Under the pieces are notes generated by a model. The model saw only the letters and a program-made list of their open reading frames with translations, did no database searches and was not told the origin of the DNA. Of a DNA stretch of 64,000 nt, positions 12,851 through 26,513 are shown piece by piece; position 1 is the first letter of the stretch, and each line of letters begins with the position of its first letter. A program made the translations under genes and the position numbers. The stretch is from Eledone cirrhosa (Eukaryota): positions 34,472,001 to 34,536,000 of the forward strand of contig OZ024746.1 in the NCBI GenBank assembly GCA_964016885.1. Direction: 5' to 3'.

Positions 12851-15740
12851 ATTACTACTCCTCTATCTTGCCCATAGTCCTGAACAAGGCACTCATATTC
12901 GCGATTAATAGAACAGACCTAACACGCGAAGAGGTCCGAATCATACACGCCGCCAGAAAGACCCTGATCCGATTAGGTGGGGACATATGGACCCGGAGCG
13001 ACTGGCCAAATAATGTTGACATTACAATTGGCTCCAGTGACTCCGCGCAGCTAACGGACTTCGTTGGGATATACATACTCTACGATATCAGGAGAGAAAT
13101 ACCCAACCTGGGTGTCGGGCTGTACCGAGACGACGCACTCTTCACCGTAGTGGACCACAGTACCACAATGGTCGAAAATATGAAGAGGAGGATTAGGCAC
13201 TTCTTTAGCAAGGTAGGACTTAAGGTAGAGATGGAACCCAATAGAAAAGTAGTGACTTCCTGGACACCATCCTCAATCTCAACACCAAGCTACACCACCC
13301 ATATCATAAACCCAAATGAGAAGCTGGTTATATCAACGCTGGGTCTAATAACCCTAGATCTATAGTTAAGGCTGTAGTTAAGAGTGTCTCTGACAGGATC
13401 TCTAACTTGTCGGTCAATAAAGAGATCTTCAATAGTAACGATGATTACTATAACTCAGCGCTAGCTAAGGCGTCCCACAGCCATAGGATCAGCTATAACC
13501 CTAAGGGACATGATCGAGATGACCCATGATCTAGGAACCCCGGACCAATAACCTCAGGGGCATGAGTCGCCCACCTATACCTCGGTGACCAGTAGTAACA
13601 CTCCCAGACCCCTATCCGTCACCACCCCCGGTAGAAGGTCCCGCATACCCCACCAGTTTAATACTTACAACGCTGAAGACCACTGTTCTGCGGAGCATAG
13701 GCACCACTGAACCGGCTCCACCACTCGCCGCACCCTAATTGAGCAGGGAGGCCGCACCTCGCAGGTTTATAGCCTTCATGATAGTGACCGCTCCGCACAA
13801 CTGAGTAACACAAACCGAGCTCGATCTGAGCTGTGCACAACCACGTGATGGCCCACGGCGGACACCCAACAACCCCGCAAGCATAGGACCAGGAATGTCA
13901 CATGGTATAACCCTGTGTACTAGGTGGGTTTACGTACCATCCTGGCTAGAACATTCTTTAGAGTACTGGATAAATGTTTCCCTAGGGCCCACAAGTACCA
14001 TAAAATATTCAACAGGCACACGGTGAAACTTTCCTACTCAATCACACGCTGCGCAGCCCAGCACATAGCTTGCATAAATAGAAATAGGCTCACTGCCTCT
14101 AATACCACCGTAAACCCCCGGAGCCACCCACCAGAACCAGCACGCGAGACGCAACGGATCCCGGACAGGGCCAACTAGCACAACGGAACCCAATGACCCT
14201 GTGCTGATTGCGGAGGCTACCCAGCCAGCCCCGAGTGATAGTAAACACGCGGTACATGTGGTGGGGCTTAAGAAGTCATGTAATTGCAGAGACCCATCAC
14301 TATGCCCCCTTAGTAATGAATGCATGACGAAAAACGTAGTCTACAGGTGCAAGGTCACAACCCCTAACTCGGAGCACCACTAAATAGGATCCACAGCGAC
14401 GAGCTTCAAAGATCGGTGGTATACCATCGCCATTCCTTTAACAGAATAGATAAGAGGAAATGTACGGCCCTTTCTGAATTGATCTGGAAGCTCAAACTTG
14501 AAAAGAGCCCGCACTCTCTGGTCTGGTCCGTGGTTAGAAAGGTTCCACTGGACAGAGGCGGGTCTGGTATTTGCAACCTCTGTCTTAGTGAGACACTCGA
14601 GATTTTTCATGGCGGAACCAAGCTATTAAACAGAAGGGCCGACTTATTCGGTGCCTGCAGACGCCTAAGGACGGGAAGTTTCCTCAAGCTATATGGATAA
14701 ACCCCGGTTACGGCATCACCCCCCCCCCCCCCCTGTAGGTCCTCTACATCCCGTACCAATGACCAATGGACAACAACAACCACCCATAGTTTGTGGTCCC
14801 TATGGTGGATGGTCCACCGAATCCTCTACTGGTTAGGAGTCATATAAACCACGTTTTATTGAACCTGATTTTATATATATATGTATATATATATCATGTG
14901 TATATATGTGTATATATTTTATATGTGTATATACGTGTATTTTATATATATGTATGTTCTGTGTATATATGTTTATTTTACATATATATATATACTTGTC
15001 CGTACATACATACATACATATATATATATGCACACCTGTATGGATTTGTGCGTAGATGTGTGGGTGTGTGAGGGGGTAGGTGTGAGTTTATGTACAAGTC
15101 AACCAGCATAAACCTTTTATTTCTAAATGTTCTAAACTATCTAAGTATTGGATTCTAACCATTATTTTAAGTATTACCACCCCACTTTTTGTATGTGTGG
15201 ATGTGTGTGTGTGTGGATGTGGAGGTGCGTGTCAGTGTACGTGCAAGCTAACCTACATAAGTCTTTTTATTTGTAAATTTTCTACTCTAACCATAAATTT
15301 CAGTAGCACCACTCCACATAAATTCCTCAATTTAAGAATGACCTGTAGTATCTATTTCATACTATTAACCTTAATTTAATATATATATGACCAGGAATGC
15401 TTTTTGTGAAAATCAGTCATATGGATCTATTGTCATCTTGCCTGACGGTTTGAACTTTACAACACCACCTGCCTCTTTGAGGTCAAATACCAACCCTACT
15501 ACCATCTACAAACTGACCAATCAGAATAAAGACTATTCCTGCTGACAAAATTAAATTATTCCTAATAAGCTCATATGTCCCAAGGCTCTGATACCATCAA
15601 CACTATAAACATAGAGCTGGCATATCTAAGAACTGATTAACTGCCTGATGAGGTCATAGCCATTCAATGGCTATCATCGAAATATATATGGCAGTAAATA
15701 AAGGATTATGAGTACATGCAATTGACTTATGTTTCGTCAC
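12851..15740 (+). mobile_element. 5'-truncated Penelope-like element (RT plus C-terminal GIY-YIG, tentatively Nematis-like), decayed
   Basis: Motifs IGSSDSAQLTDFVGIYIL, GLYRDDAL, KIFNRHTVKLSYS, CNCRDPSLCPLSNECMTKNVVYRC, (Y)IGSTATSFKDRWY and CNLCLSE, with stops and frameshifts. The 3' region ends in a hammerhead-like motif at 15641-15694 followed by AATAAA. Confidence 0.9.
15641..15694 (+). ncRNA. Type I hammerhead-like motif at the PLE 3' end
   Basis: ctgc CTGATGA ggtcatagccattcaatggctatcatc GAAA tatata TG gcag. The cleavage-site base is G, so it is probably inactive. Confidence 0.65.
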
Positions 15741-15759
15741 TATATATATATATGTATAT

Positions 15760-16806
15760 ATTTAAAATTAAGTATGTGTGTGTGTTTGTGTGTATATCTG
15801 TGTGTCAGTGTATTACCTATAGGCGTCTAGATCTTACGACCAATTTTCATGAAACTTTACAGGCTCATAGATTCCTCATCGGGGAGTCTTTTCTATGTAT
15901 CATCGTATCGTTTTTTTTATTCCGGGATCATTCTGCAGATGAAAATCGATAGGGGGTCACCTTTTTTTAGGTATCGAAAAATATGATTTGTGGCCCTAGT
16001 TCCCACATTTTGCCACAGATTTCGTTCAAATTTTAATGCAATGTATAACTTATCGTTCGACATCCTGTCCTTGCTTTATATTTTGCATCTGTTGGTCAGG
16101 GATGGCCTAGCAGTCGCTTAAATATTCAAAAATACCACTTTTAGACAAAATTTCTACTTTTTCGGATCTAGCTCCCACATTAATCAACTTACTTTGTTCA
16201 AATTTTACACTACGCTAGATCTGATTATTTCACGTCTTAAAGTAGCTTTACATTTTGGATTTTTGTTCAGGAACGGCGTGGCAGCCACTTAAATATTCAA
16301 AAATACCATTTTAGACTCACATTTCCACTTTTTGGGCTGTAGCTCCCACATTAATCAACCTACTTTGTTCAAATTTTACACTACGCTAGATCTGATTTAC
16401 ATTTTGGATTTTTTGTTCAGGAACCGCGTGGCAGCCGCTTAAATATTCGAAAGTACCACCTTTTCGCTCAAATGTCCGCCTTTTCGGCTCTAGCTCTCAC
16501 ATTTTTCAACCGATTTCGTTCAAATTCGAAACTTCGGCACCACCTCACACATAAATCAATTTATTTGGTTCAACTTGTATACTACTATATAACCTATCAT
16601 TGCACATCTTATGGTAGCATTACACTTTGCATTTTTTGTTCAGGGACGGCCACGTTTGTCAGTGATAGAGGTCATCACCACCCTCCCCGGCATGACCCGT
16701 GTGTGGAAATAGATGAGTCTTTGAGAAGCAGTCGCTAAGATCAACACCGTTTCATCAAAGCAGATATTATTTTACCTACCCAGGCAATGCTGGTTACTAC
16801 TGCTAG
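15760..16806 (+). mobile_element. Non-autonomous Helitron-like element with internal ~150-170 bp repeats
   Basis: 5' GT-rich microsatellite, about four diverged internal repeats (ctagctcccacatt...ttcaaatttt), and a 3' hairpin acccaggcaatgctggt followed by CTAG|T. Confidence 0.65.
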
Positions 16807-16881
<75 letters not shown>

Positions 16882-16886
<5 letters not shown>

Positions 16887-17030
16887 GAAAAAAGATGAAA
16901 TCGAAAATGCAACTGGAGTCTTTTAAAAAAAAAACATATATTTATTTGGTTCCTTTACTGGTTTCGCAGTTCTTCTGCTTTTCAAAAGTAGAATTGAGAT
17001 GGAGGGTTTGTGGTTTTTCTCACATCTGAT
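16882..17030 (-). mobile_element. Short PLE-terminus-like repeat family (also 35392-35620 as an inverted pair and 63907-64000) with a variant hammerhead
   Basis: Shared aaatcgaaaatgcaactggag...tttatttggttcctttaccggtttcgcagttcttctgcttttca. The minus strand reads TTGAAAA gcagaagaactgc GAAA cc(a/g)g TA aagg...aataaa. Confidence 0.7.
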
Positions 17031-17561
17031 ATCAGCACTCTAGGGTGGTCGACTTAGATACAAGTCGCTAAAATACCGACCGCCCTCTTGTCTCTGATTT
17101 AAACACGAAATATTTTTTATCTGATATATTCCTTTGTTATATTTTGAATTACCTGATGATGTCACCGGATTCATAATGAACCCGGTCATTGAAATGATCC
17201 TACTAAAATAAAACATTCAAGGATTCACACCAGAACATGCCCCCTGTTATTTTGTAATATACATACATGTTTGTGTAATAATAACGAAGTGGAGATGTTA
17301 CATAGCATATGTATTGCTCAATCCTGGTTACAAGTGGTTCTCAAGCAGCTGGCTTGTGATTTGGGATGGCACCCACAGAGAGAGAGAGAGAAAGAGATAT
17401 GTACATCCCCCCCACCTCCACATACACATATATATATATATATATATTCCTAAATGACTTACTCGATACAGATGGGACTTTACTAAAAAAAGAATTCACA
17501 TTTCTTCCTATTCTTCTTTATCTTTCCCTTTTAACTTTTAATTCTCATTATATCTCCTGGT

Positions 17562-17652
17562 TAACTTTGCCTTTCATCCTTACGGGGTCGATAAAAATAA
17601 AGTACCAGTAATGTACTGGGTAATTGCTGGCCTTGTGCCTAAAATAGAAACA
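17562..17652 (+). mobile_element. 5'-truncated family-A SINE
   Basis: Core and tail present. The 15-bp TSD attatatctcctggt is at 17547-17561 and 17653-17667. Confidence 0.92.
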
Positions 17653-18179
17653 ATTATATCTCCTGGTGGAGGATTTTAGTCCGGAACCTTAAGTTCCTTT
17701 TTCATACTATAGCAAGAGTTGAATTACTATATATTTACATTGTACTGTGTCATTTGCATTGTTGTTTCTTCTTTGTTTGTCATGTATAATCACGCACATA
17801 CACACACTCACCCTCACACATGAGCACACAGACATATATATACATATATACATATACAAGATGTTCAACTCTGTACACATCTAAGGGCTTATATTCTCAG
17901 CTTGTTGATCTATATTTCATAAAAGAAAATTTGTTTTGAAACTGGTAACTTTATGCTAACACACATTCAAAAGTTATAATCCGCTCAGCAGTTTCTAAAT
18001 ATGGATTTATAATCTATATTTAATAAAAAAAACACCATGTTATTTATTCTTTCTGACGACTGAAGACAGACATAACACCTGCCTTCAAGGAACCACTGGT
18101 AAATGAAATAATTATCTTATGTTGTTTATAATATAACTATATATATATATATCTTAATTATCTCATGCTGTTTATTACA

Positions 18180-18301
<122 letters not shown>

Positions 18302-18450
18302 TAGGAATAATAATAAATTTGATTGAAGACTAAATTTATTTAGTTAGTTATGTTAGTTTCAGAAGATCCAGTTAAGGGTGAAAGCAGCGATTCTTTGCTT
18401 AAACTATAATCTGTTATTTTAATAAATATATATTATATATATATATATAT

Positions 18451-19195
18451 ATGAAAATAGATTAGTTAATGTAAGCAAAAAGCCAACAATAATTCAGACA
18501 TATAAGTGACTATAACATCGAGATGAAAAATGTTTAACGTAAGATTTGGGATAAGTAATACAATCTTATAATCAAGAAAAAATACTTAACCTTCAAGTTG
18601 GGTCTTAAAAGACTATTTCACGAAACTTTTCAGTAAGGTTATTCACTCTTAAACGTCGATCTTCTTTAGTACTCCACATGTTTTCTAAACACACTGCTAA
18701 AATGCCAGAGGGGAATTTAAAGCAGGCAAGCGAAAATCTGTTTACAAGAAACACCAGTCCAAACCGACCGAAAAAAATCAACAAAAATATAGAGTTCAGC
18801 ATAAGCAATATTATCGCAGTTTTTTTGTTTTTTTTTCAAACTGGGATTAGTCACATATTAATAAGCACTCAAGGAAAGCTCCGAGTATAAATATATAAAT
18901 GAAAATAGAGAAATTATTGTAAGCAAAATGTCAACAATTATTCAGACATATAATTGGCTAAAATATCAAGATGAAAAATGTTTAACGTAAGATTTGGGAT
19001 AAGTAATACAATCAAGAAAATTACTTAACCTTCAATTTGGGGAAAACTACAAATGCACTATATAGTCTTAAAAAACTATTTCACGAAACTTTTCAGTGGA
19101 GTTAGTCATGTTTGCAACCAATCTTCAGTAGTGCTCAACACGTTAACTAAAAACACTGCTAAAATACCAGAGGGGAATTAAAAGCAGGCAAGTCG
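18451..19195. repeat. Diverged direct duplication (~450-bp period)
   Basis: atgaaaatag...gatgaaaaatgtttaacgtaagatttgggataagtaatacaatc...cactgctaaa...gcaggcaag occurs from 18451 and again from 18899. Confidence 0.8.
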
Positions 19196-19502
19196 AACAG
19201 CGTGTAGAGTTGAAATAACAAAACACACGTAGACACACGCTAGTGATGCCGGGATATATATATATATAGGTTCTTTACATACATATCTTCATCTTCTTCG
19301 TCTTCCTCTCTAACTGTCCTTAGCACTATACACTTTCTTTCTTCTTCTCTTCGTCCTTAGCACTATACACTTTCCTTCTTTTTTCTCTTCGTCTTTCTTT
19401 CTAACTGTCCTTAACATTTTCACTACCAAATCAACTTTTTAAATGGAAGTTGTAATGTTTAAGGTATGGCAAATTTATTTATAAAACGGTTTATATATTC
19501 TA

Positions 19503-19564
19503 TTTTGTCTGAGGAAGGCATACCATATTTTTAATATGATATCCCTGAAATATATATAATGAAA
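19503..19564 (+). ncRNA. Minimal type I hammerhead-like motif
   Basis: ttttgt CTGAGGA aggcataccatatt-tt-taatatgatatccct GAAA tatata TA atgaaa, followed by AATAAA. Confidence 0.65.
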
Positions 19565-19717
19565 TAAATATGGTTTTATAAATATAGTTTCCATTTGTTT
19601 AATATCGTAATTCTACTCCAAAACTTGTTGAGTGCTTTTATATCAGTTATAAAATATTTACTCGTTGTAACCCAACAATTTTAAATAAAACTTTTGCATA
19701 TATATATATATATATAA

Positions 19718-19781
<64 letters not shown>

Positions 19782-19948
19782 AGTAATAATAATACATTTG
19801 AAGACTAAAATCCAAAGAGGGCTCGATTGGGATAAATATATAAGAACCGTAGAGCAAATATTTATTAAAATAACAGATTAAAGTTTAAGCAAAAAAATCG
19901 CTGCTTTCACCCTTAGCAGCGATTCTTTGATTAAACTTTAATCTGTTA

Positions 19949-20055
<107 letters not shown>

Positions 20056-20559
20056 CAAATATATATATACGTATTTTATTCGATAGTAACATGTGCTTAT
20101 GCCGTATTTGACTAAATAAAATTAGTCTGCTAGTTGGGATTTTTTAAAATACTCTGAATGGAGAAAAAGGATGAATATTGGAGTACATGGGCCACGAACC
20201 AACACATTTGGTTTGATGTCCCATATGATACCATTACAACAACACGTCACCCGTGCTTCATTCCATTCAATTAGAAGCTCTATAACAATAGCGTTTATAT
20301 ATAAGTATATAAATAGGGAGGCATAATGTAGTCTTAGTTTACAAACGACGAGCAAATTTGAAAATTAGCTAGCAACATGTGCTTATGCCGTATTTGGCTA
20401 AATAGTATTATTCTGTGTCTAAATAGAATTAGTCGTGTACCATATACGTTATTATCATCATTTTTTTCCTTTAGAGGATTTTAAAAAATCCCAACTAACA
20501 CACTAATCATATTTAGTCAAATACGCTAGCCCTGTGTAAGCAAAGCCTGCTTTGTGTCT

Positions 20560-20630
<71 letters not shown>

Positions 20631-20632
<2 letters not shown>

Positions 20633-21441
20633 AGGTGTGTCAGAAAACTTCCAAGACTGATGTCACAAAAGATTTATTTCAAACCCCAATTTCACATTAA
20701 GAGTTTTCTACTTCAAAATAATACCCCTGGGGTCTAATGCTCTTTCCCATCCTTTTCTGCCACGCTTGCATGCATTCCTGGAAGGATTCTTCCGGGATCC
20801 TCCGCAGTTCCGTCGTCACGGCCATTTTGATGTCGTCCACGTCTTCAAAACGGGTCCCCTCCGGGTCGTCCTCGAAGATTCATGACTCATCGCCGGTGAT
20901 GTCTCTCTCTAGCAAGTCTGGTTTGGTTTCAAGACATTCGAGTATATCCTGGCACACTTGCATGCGTCGATCCTTCTGGTCATCGTTCAGCAGTTTTGGC
21001 ACCAACTTCGCGCAGACTTTCCGCATGCCTAAATCTTCAGTGAGACTCTTCCAGACGCTGTCCCGATTCATGCCCAGCTCATTTGCCATCACTCGAACAG
21101 TCACCCGACGATCGCTACGCACCATCTGCCTGACGCGCTCAACGTTGACCTCAATCCTGGTTGTTGAGGGCCTTCCGCTCCTGGGGTCATCTTGCACCAC
21201 TCAAAAACATGTGAGCGTTACATCGTCTCATTTCGTTGCTCTGTGCTCATTGCTTGACGACTTGAAACAGAGGACATGTATATAAAATAATCAAGAAAAA
21301 AGTTTGATCGCTGCAGAGAGCTAAGATTACAGTTACATACTCCACGGGGATTACTTTGAAGGAGAAAACTCTTAGTGTGAAGTTTGTGTTTGAAATAAAT
21401 CTTTTGTGACATCTGTCCTGGAAGCTTTCTGACACACCTCG
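20631..21441 (-). mobile_element. Internally deleted mariner (Tc1/mariner) DNA transposon
   Basis: Long TIRs (c(c/g)aggtgtgtcagaaa...gatgtcacaaaagatttatttcaaac) flanked by TA. Transposase pieces DDPRSGRPST, KVCAKLVPKLL and ITGDES(W), then the C-terminal RFEDVDDIK; the catalytic middle is missing. Confidence 0.93.
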
Positions 21442-22986
21442 TATATATATATATATATAAATATATATATATACATGTGTGCGTGTGTGTGTTTGTGTGT
21501 ATATATATAAACAATCCATCCAGCGTGGAAAGTGCAATTACAATGGTGGCCACAGTTTTTGAATTTAACATACGTAAGTTTAATTCGAAAATTCTAATTA
21601 CATTTGAGAAGACGACTTTGAAATATACTCTAGGGCCTTTGATGTGTACATTTTTGTGTATGATCGTCTCAAAAACCTGATGAGCTACGTCGACCCCAAG
21701 TTCTAATGTTGACCCACTGTGTGCGTTTTTGTGTGTGAGTGTGAGTTGTTGTGTGTGTTACTTTCAGTATACCCACATATACACAGAGTAATATTGTATA
21801 TATACTTCTCAATATGTAAACCGTATTTTTCAAACAGATGTACAAGTACGCACATCACTATCCTTAAGTATATACGATCCTAATTATGGCACACATCATG
21901 TAACTCATTACATGCCCGTACATTGATAGAAGTTGCCGTAATTATATTCCTTTTTCAAATCAAAGGATTACATCGAAATGGAACACTTTATGAAATATAA
22001 TGCAGTGGGATATACAGTTATTTAAGATGATTGAGATAACAATAATACTTGCAATCATCTCACAAATATTATTAATATTTATATCATTATTATTATGTTT
22101 ATCATATTACAAACGATGGAAATAATGATATAAAATAACAAATATTAAAGATGGTAAGATAAGATATATAGAACAAACAGAAGGAAAACAATGCAAACAA
22201 TGAAGAACATAAACAGCAACAACACTTCAATAAGAACAATGACAACAGGAGAAGACAGAAATTATTCTTATAGCAATTTCTTGTTAAATTCAATTATCTG
22301 CCCCAAATTGTTTTACCACTAAAAAATAAAACATTTTTTTCTTGACACCTGCCATTTTATATGAAACAACACGCCGTGCTTCATTCGTTTCATATTTCGT
22401 GTTTTTATTTCGGGTTTAATTTATGAATTATTTGGATGTATTTTTTTATTTTCTGAAAGAGTGAGTTTTTAATATTTTTCTTGTTGGAATGTTCACTGCT
22501 GTTATTGATCTCAGTGGCTTTATTACTAATGGTTTCATTATATTTCTAATGCGATTACAGGTATAAATATCTATACATACACGTCCACACATGGAAAATG
22601 TACATGTATATATATATATATATATATGGAGGGTGAGTATATATGTGTGTGTGTTTCCTATTGTAGGTATATTTGTTCTGTGTATACATATATACGCAGA
22701 AACACGCAAACAACGATATCCGTGACTGTGCATAATGTGACTAAATATAGTGTGAATGTTTGTTTTATAAATACTAATTATTTCGTCTATTCTATTCTTT
22801 ATTTTCATCTATATCATTAATTTTTTAACTTTTATCTTTTCTTTTTCTTTTCAGTAGTGCCTATACTAACTGTCGTTTTGCATCCAACTACGTTGTTCTG
22901 ACGTTTTCTCAAGGATTCTATCTGCCCGTCGCTCTTTGTGACGCTTTCAGCCCCTCATATATTGTTCAGAACACTTTTATATATAT

Positions 22987-23088
22987 ATCCCAATGTTATT
23001 TGTGACCGACTGAGGACATTACACTATATAAAGATATATATCTTTATATAGTGTAATGTCCTCAGTCGGTCACAAATAACATTGGGAT
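22987..23088. repeat. Perfect ~102-bp palindrome
   Basis: atcccaatgttatttgtgaccgactgaggacattacactatataaagatat is followed directly by its reverse complement. Confidence 0.92.
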
Positions 23089-23099
23089 TTGTTCCTAGA

Positions 23100-23356
23100 A
23101 AGTTTCTCTTCCGAGCACGGTTGTTTGTGGATGAGCAGAATTCGCCAATGCATAACGGTCTCACATCTCTCCGCCACTGATGGGAAAGGCAATGGCTGGG
23201 AGAGCTTAACATCAGGGACGTCACAAATCATCTCTACATCTGAGTAACCTAGAGCAATGTGCAATAAAGTATCTTGATCAAGAATAAAAACATCATCCGA
23301 CTCGGGAATCGAACTCACAACCGCACAATGTTGAATCCCCTAAGCCACCCGGCTAC
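23100..23356 (-). mobile_element. Decayed tRNA-derived SINE (family B)
   Basis: The minus strand reads tagccgggtggcttagg...gtgagttcgattccc (A/B boxes), then ttcttgatcaagatactttattgcacattgctct...actcag. The 3' boundary is approximate. Confidence 0.6.
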
Positions 23357-24039
23357 CCCCCCCCCACACAAACACATACAAGCACACATATACACACACA
23401 AACACACACATTCGCACGCATAAACACACACACACACTCACACATTCGCACACACACAAACAAACATATATATATATATTTAGACCGAGACAATGCTGGA
23501 AGCATAGAAGCCTTCGCAATTATCCCCACATTTCTTCCTGCAGACCTGCTCAATGAAGGCACCTCTGATGTTGAGATTTGTAACTATACGGCAAAGGAAT
23601 TAGGATCTATGTTATCTATTATTGAAGTAAAAATTATATCATCTTGCTTATATGCTTGTTCATTCCAAATCCTCTGGATAAACACAACTATTTGTTGTGA
23701 CCTGGGGAGCTACAATGAATCGACAATCAGAGGTTCCGAATCATTTACTACCAACATAATAAAGCACCGGGGGAAAGACAGGATCTGCCAGGTTCAACGC
23801 AAACACTTTTAATGATTGCCCTTCTGATGTATTTATCGTCATGGAAATTGAAGTCTTTGCAATACAAATGACAAAACAGTTTCCTTTGGAGTTATTCTGG
23901 GAATGAAAAAATTGTCACGAGCAAGTTTTCCTGACATGATTGAGACATTTAAGACATGTGCCATCAATCTTTTGATGATGAAACTTATGCCATTGCAAGA
24001 TATGGATTACATAGTCTATAAAGTAGCTTACCCGATGCT

Positions 24040-24180
24040 TTAAATTTCAGAATCAGGTTGTGTGGTGGTATTCCTTTCAGTTCAAAGATGTTTGAAAATT
24101 CAGTTGAATAGTTTATAACCTGGTCCTGGGAAGTGACTGTGTCTACTGATTTGTTACATCTACTCAGACCTGGTGACATG
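24040..24180 (-). pseudogene. Helitron Pif1-helicase fragment
   Basis: KSVDTVTSQDQVINYSTEFSNIFELKGIPPHNLILK matches the Helitron helicase motif Y.TEFLN....G.PPH.L.LK. Confidence 0.75.
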
Positions 24181-26513
24181 TCCAGATTCGGCTGAAGTGT
24201 TCATAGGTTTAAAAGTCCATAGGCTGACAAAGATAATCACATCGAATCTACAAACGAACTTTATTTCTAAACATTGTCCCTAGAAATATACAATGCAGTT
24301 AATAATAAGAGTAAAAATTAATGTCTGCAATAATTCACAGCTCTTGCATCACTTGTTCATAATCAGCCTATGAACTTCTCATTTATCCCTAGTAGGATTT
24401 AAATTATTTTCCTATATGGATGTAATGAAAGAATATATGAAATGTATGATATTCTAAAGTACGTAATTATTCTATAATTAATTTCTATCTCATTTTGTTT
24501 TCATATATTTACAATGTATATACTCATGGACACATATCATGTGTAAATATTGGTAAGCTACATACAGATTAGATTTGTAAAGTTGATCTAAACAATGAAA
24601 CAACTTTAAATAATATAATCAGGAGTAAAGGTACAGGAATATTAAACCCATTATTATAGTGTCTTTCAAATGAAAAGTAAATTATAATAAATTAATAAAT
24701 CATTGATATGTAATGAACTTTAATTGTCAGTAAAATAAATATTTAAAAATTTAACTTAATTGTCTTATTCTCAGATATATTCAACTTCAAAGATTGAGAT
24801 TTGTTTTAATTATTACTCTTTAAAAAATATATGCCTACTTACAAAATAAAATGTATTATTCAGCGCTCATTTATTAATTCTAAAATATTTAAGGCTAGAA
24901 ACCAATTTAATCATTGATAATTAACTACAGGAAATCTAAATTTAATTCCGTGTGATAGTTCTGTAAACTTTGAAAGGTGTCTGAAAGGTAAAACGAATCG
25001 ATAGACTATTCGTGCATTCATGAAAAGAATACATATTGAACCATTCATAAAGAACAATTATTTTGTTTATTACTCAGCAAAATAAATATCTATTTCAATT
25101 TTAACAAATCCGTTATATATTTACTAACAATAACGCAATTGAAGTGTGAAAAATGTTGAAGTATATATACAGATAATTATTGATATGAACATGTTTAAAT
25201 AATTATAATAGCTTCCAAAAATGGGAACACTCTCATTAGCTGTGCAGGATCATATGTAGGTTTTGAAAAAGTAGAATATTTTTACAGAAAACTCTTTCAT
25301 ATTAGTAATGAAAATAAAATAGAATTTCAATATTTGAACAGTTTAGTTTATAATTATTTTTTATGTATGGACAAGTACATACTTAAAATGTGAAATGTAT
25401 ATTTTTGAACAAACAATTTCAAATGAAATGGAGTTAATGTTTCGAAAGTGTGTTTAGCAGAAATGTTAGTTGTTGGTGAGTTGAGGGGTTTTTTTTAGAG
25501 AGAAGAACGTTCAGTTGAGAATCCCAGTACAAATCGGTGGTCGCGGCTTCCTAGTGACTTCTAACTTTGCGCTGCCGGCCTAACACTCTTCAATCATTTC
25601 CCGTCGGAAAGAGGTCATCCGCAATATGGCAGAAACTTATTTGGTGAAGAAATATGTCAACTGGTTCAACAAAGGTTTTGTCGGCCACCACGTAGATATC
25701 GGACACAAATGGGATTAAATCGGCTGCATGTCAACTTTTAAACGCATCCTGTCTTCCTTAGATTAACACTGTTTTGACATATCTCATTCAGCCTCATTAC
25801 CAAACAACAGCTTTTGGTTAAATTGGTGCGCTCCTCATCAACCGATACCGTTCTTGATTATGAGTGCACTCATATCGGTGAACCAGTTCCAGAGCCACCA
25901 ACGGTGACAGCCACACAAACGCCGTTGTGTTGTCGTGGTTGACGAGTTCTGTTTGGGCTTGCTATCTTGTCGCCTCTCCGAATAACATGATAACAAAGAA
26001 TCATAGCGTTTCTACTGCAATCAGTTGAATTCAAGCATAATGGTATCTGGTCAAAAGGAATGATTATCTTTCCATTCGACTCGTTCTCAGCCCCGCACTT
26101 TATTGTTTTAACCGTAAACCCAGGCACCACCACTTTCTATGGAGAGAAGAATATAAACAAATACAGGGCTTGACCGACAGGTTAATTTTTGCACCGGTGG
26201 CAAATGTGTACCTGAAGCTATGTTGATAGTTGTTTTCATACTAATTAAGTTATTTTAAACTTTTTTTGATTATGGTATTTCTTTTTTGTTATAAAATGCA
26301 TGTGTCTGTTTGAAAGCCTATCGCTAGAATTCAGTTATTTAATTTCTCGGCAACGTGTTTCCTCACGGCAACGTGTCAGCTGCACGGCCTTTAATGATCG
26401 TTGCGCTATAACGGTTCCGATACTTCTAAGAAAATGCCATAAAAGACACTTTCACTATCTTCCTGTCTCAATGTATGCAGACACTTAACGACGTCCGATC
26501 ATATTCAGTCTTA

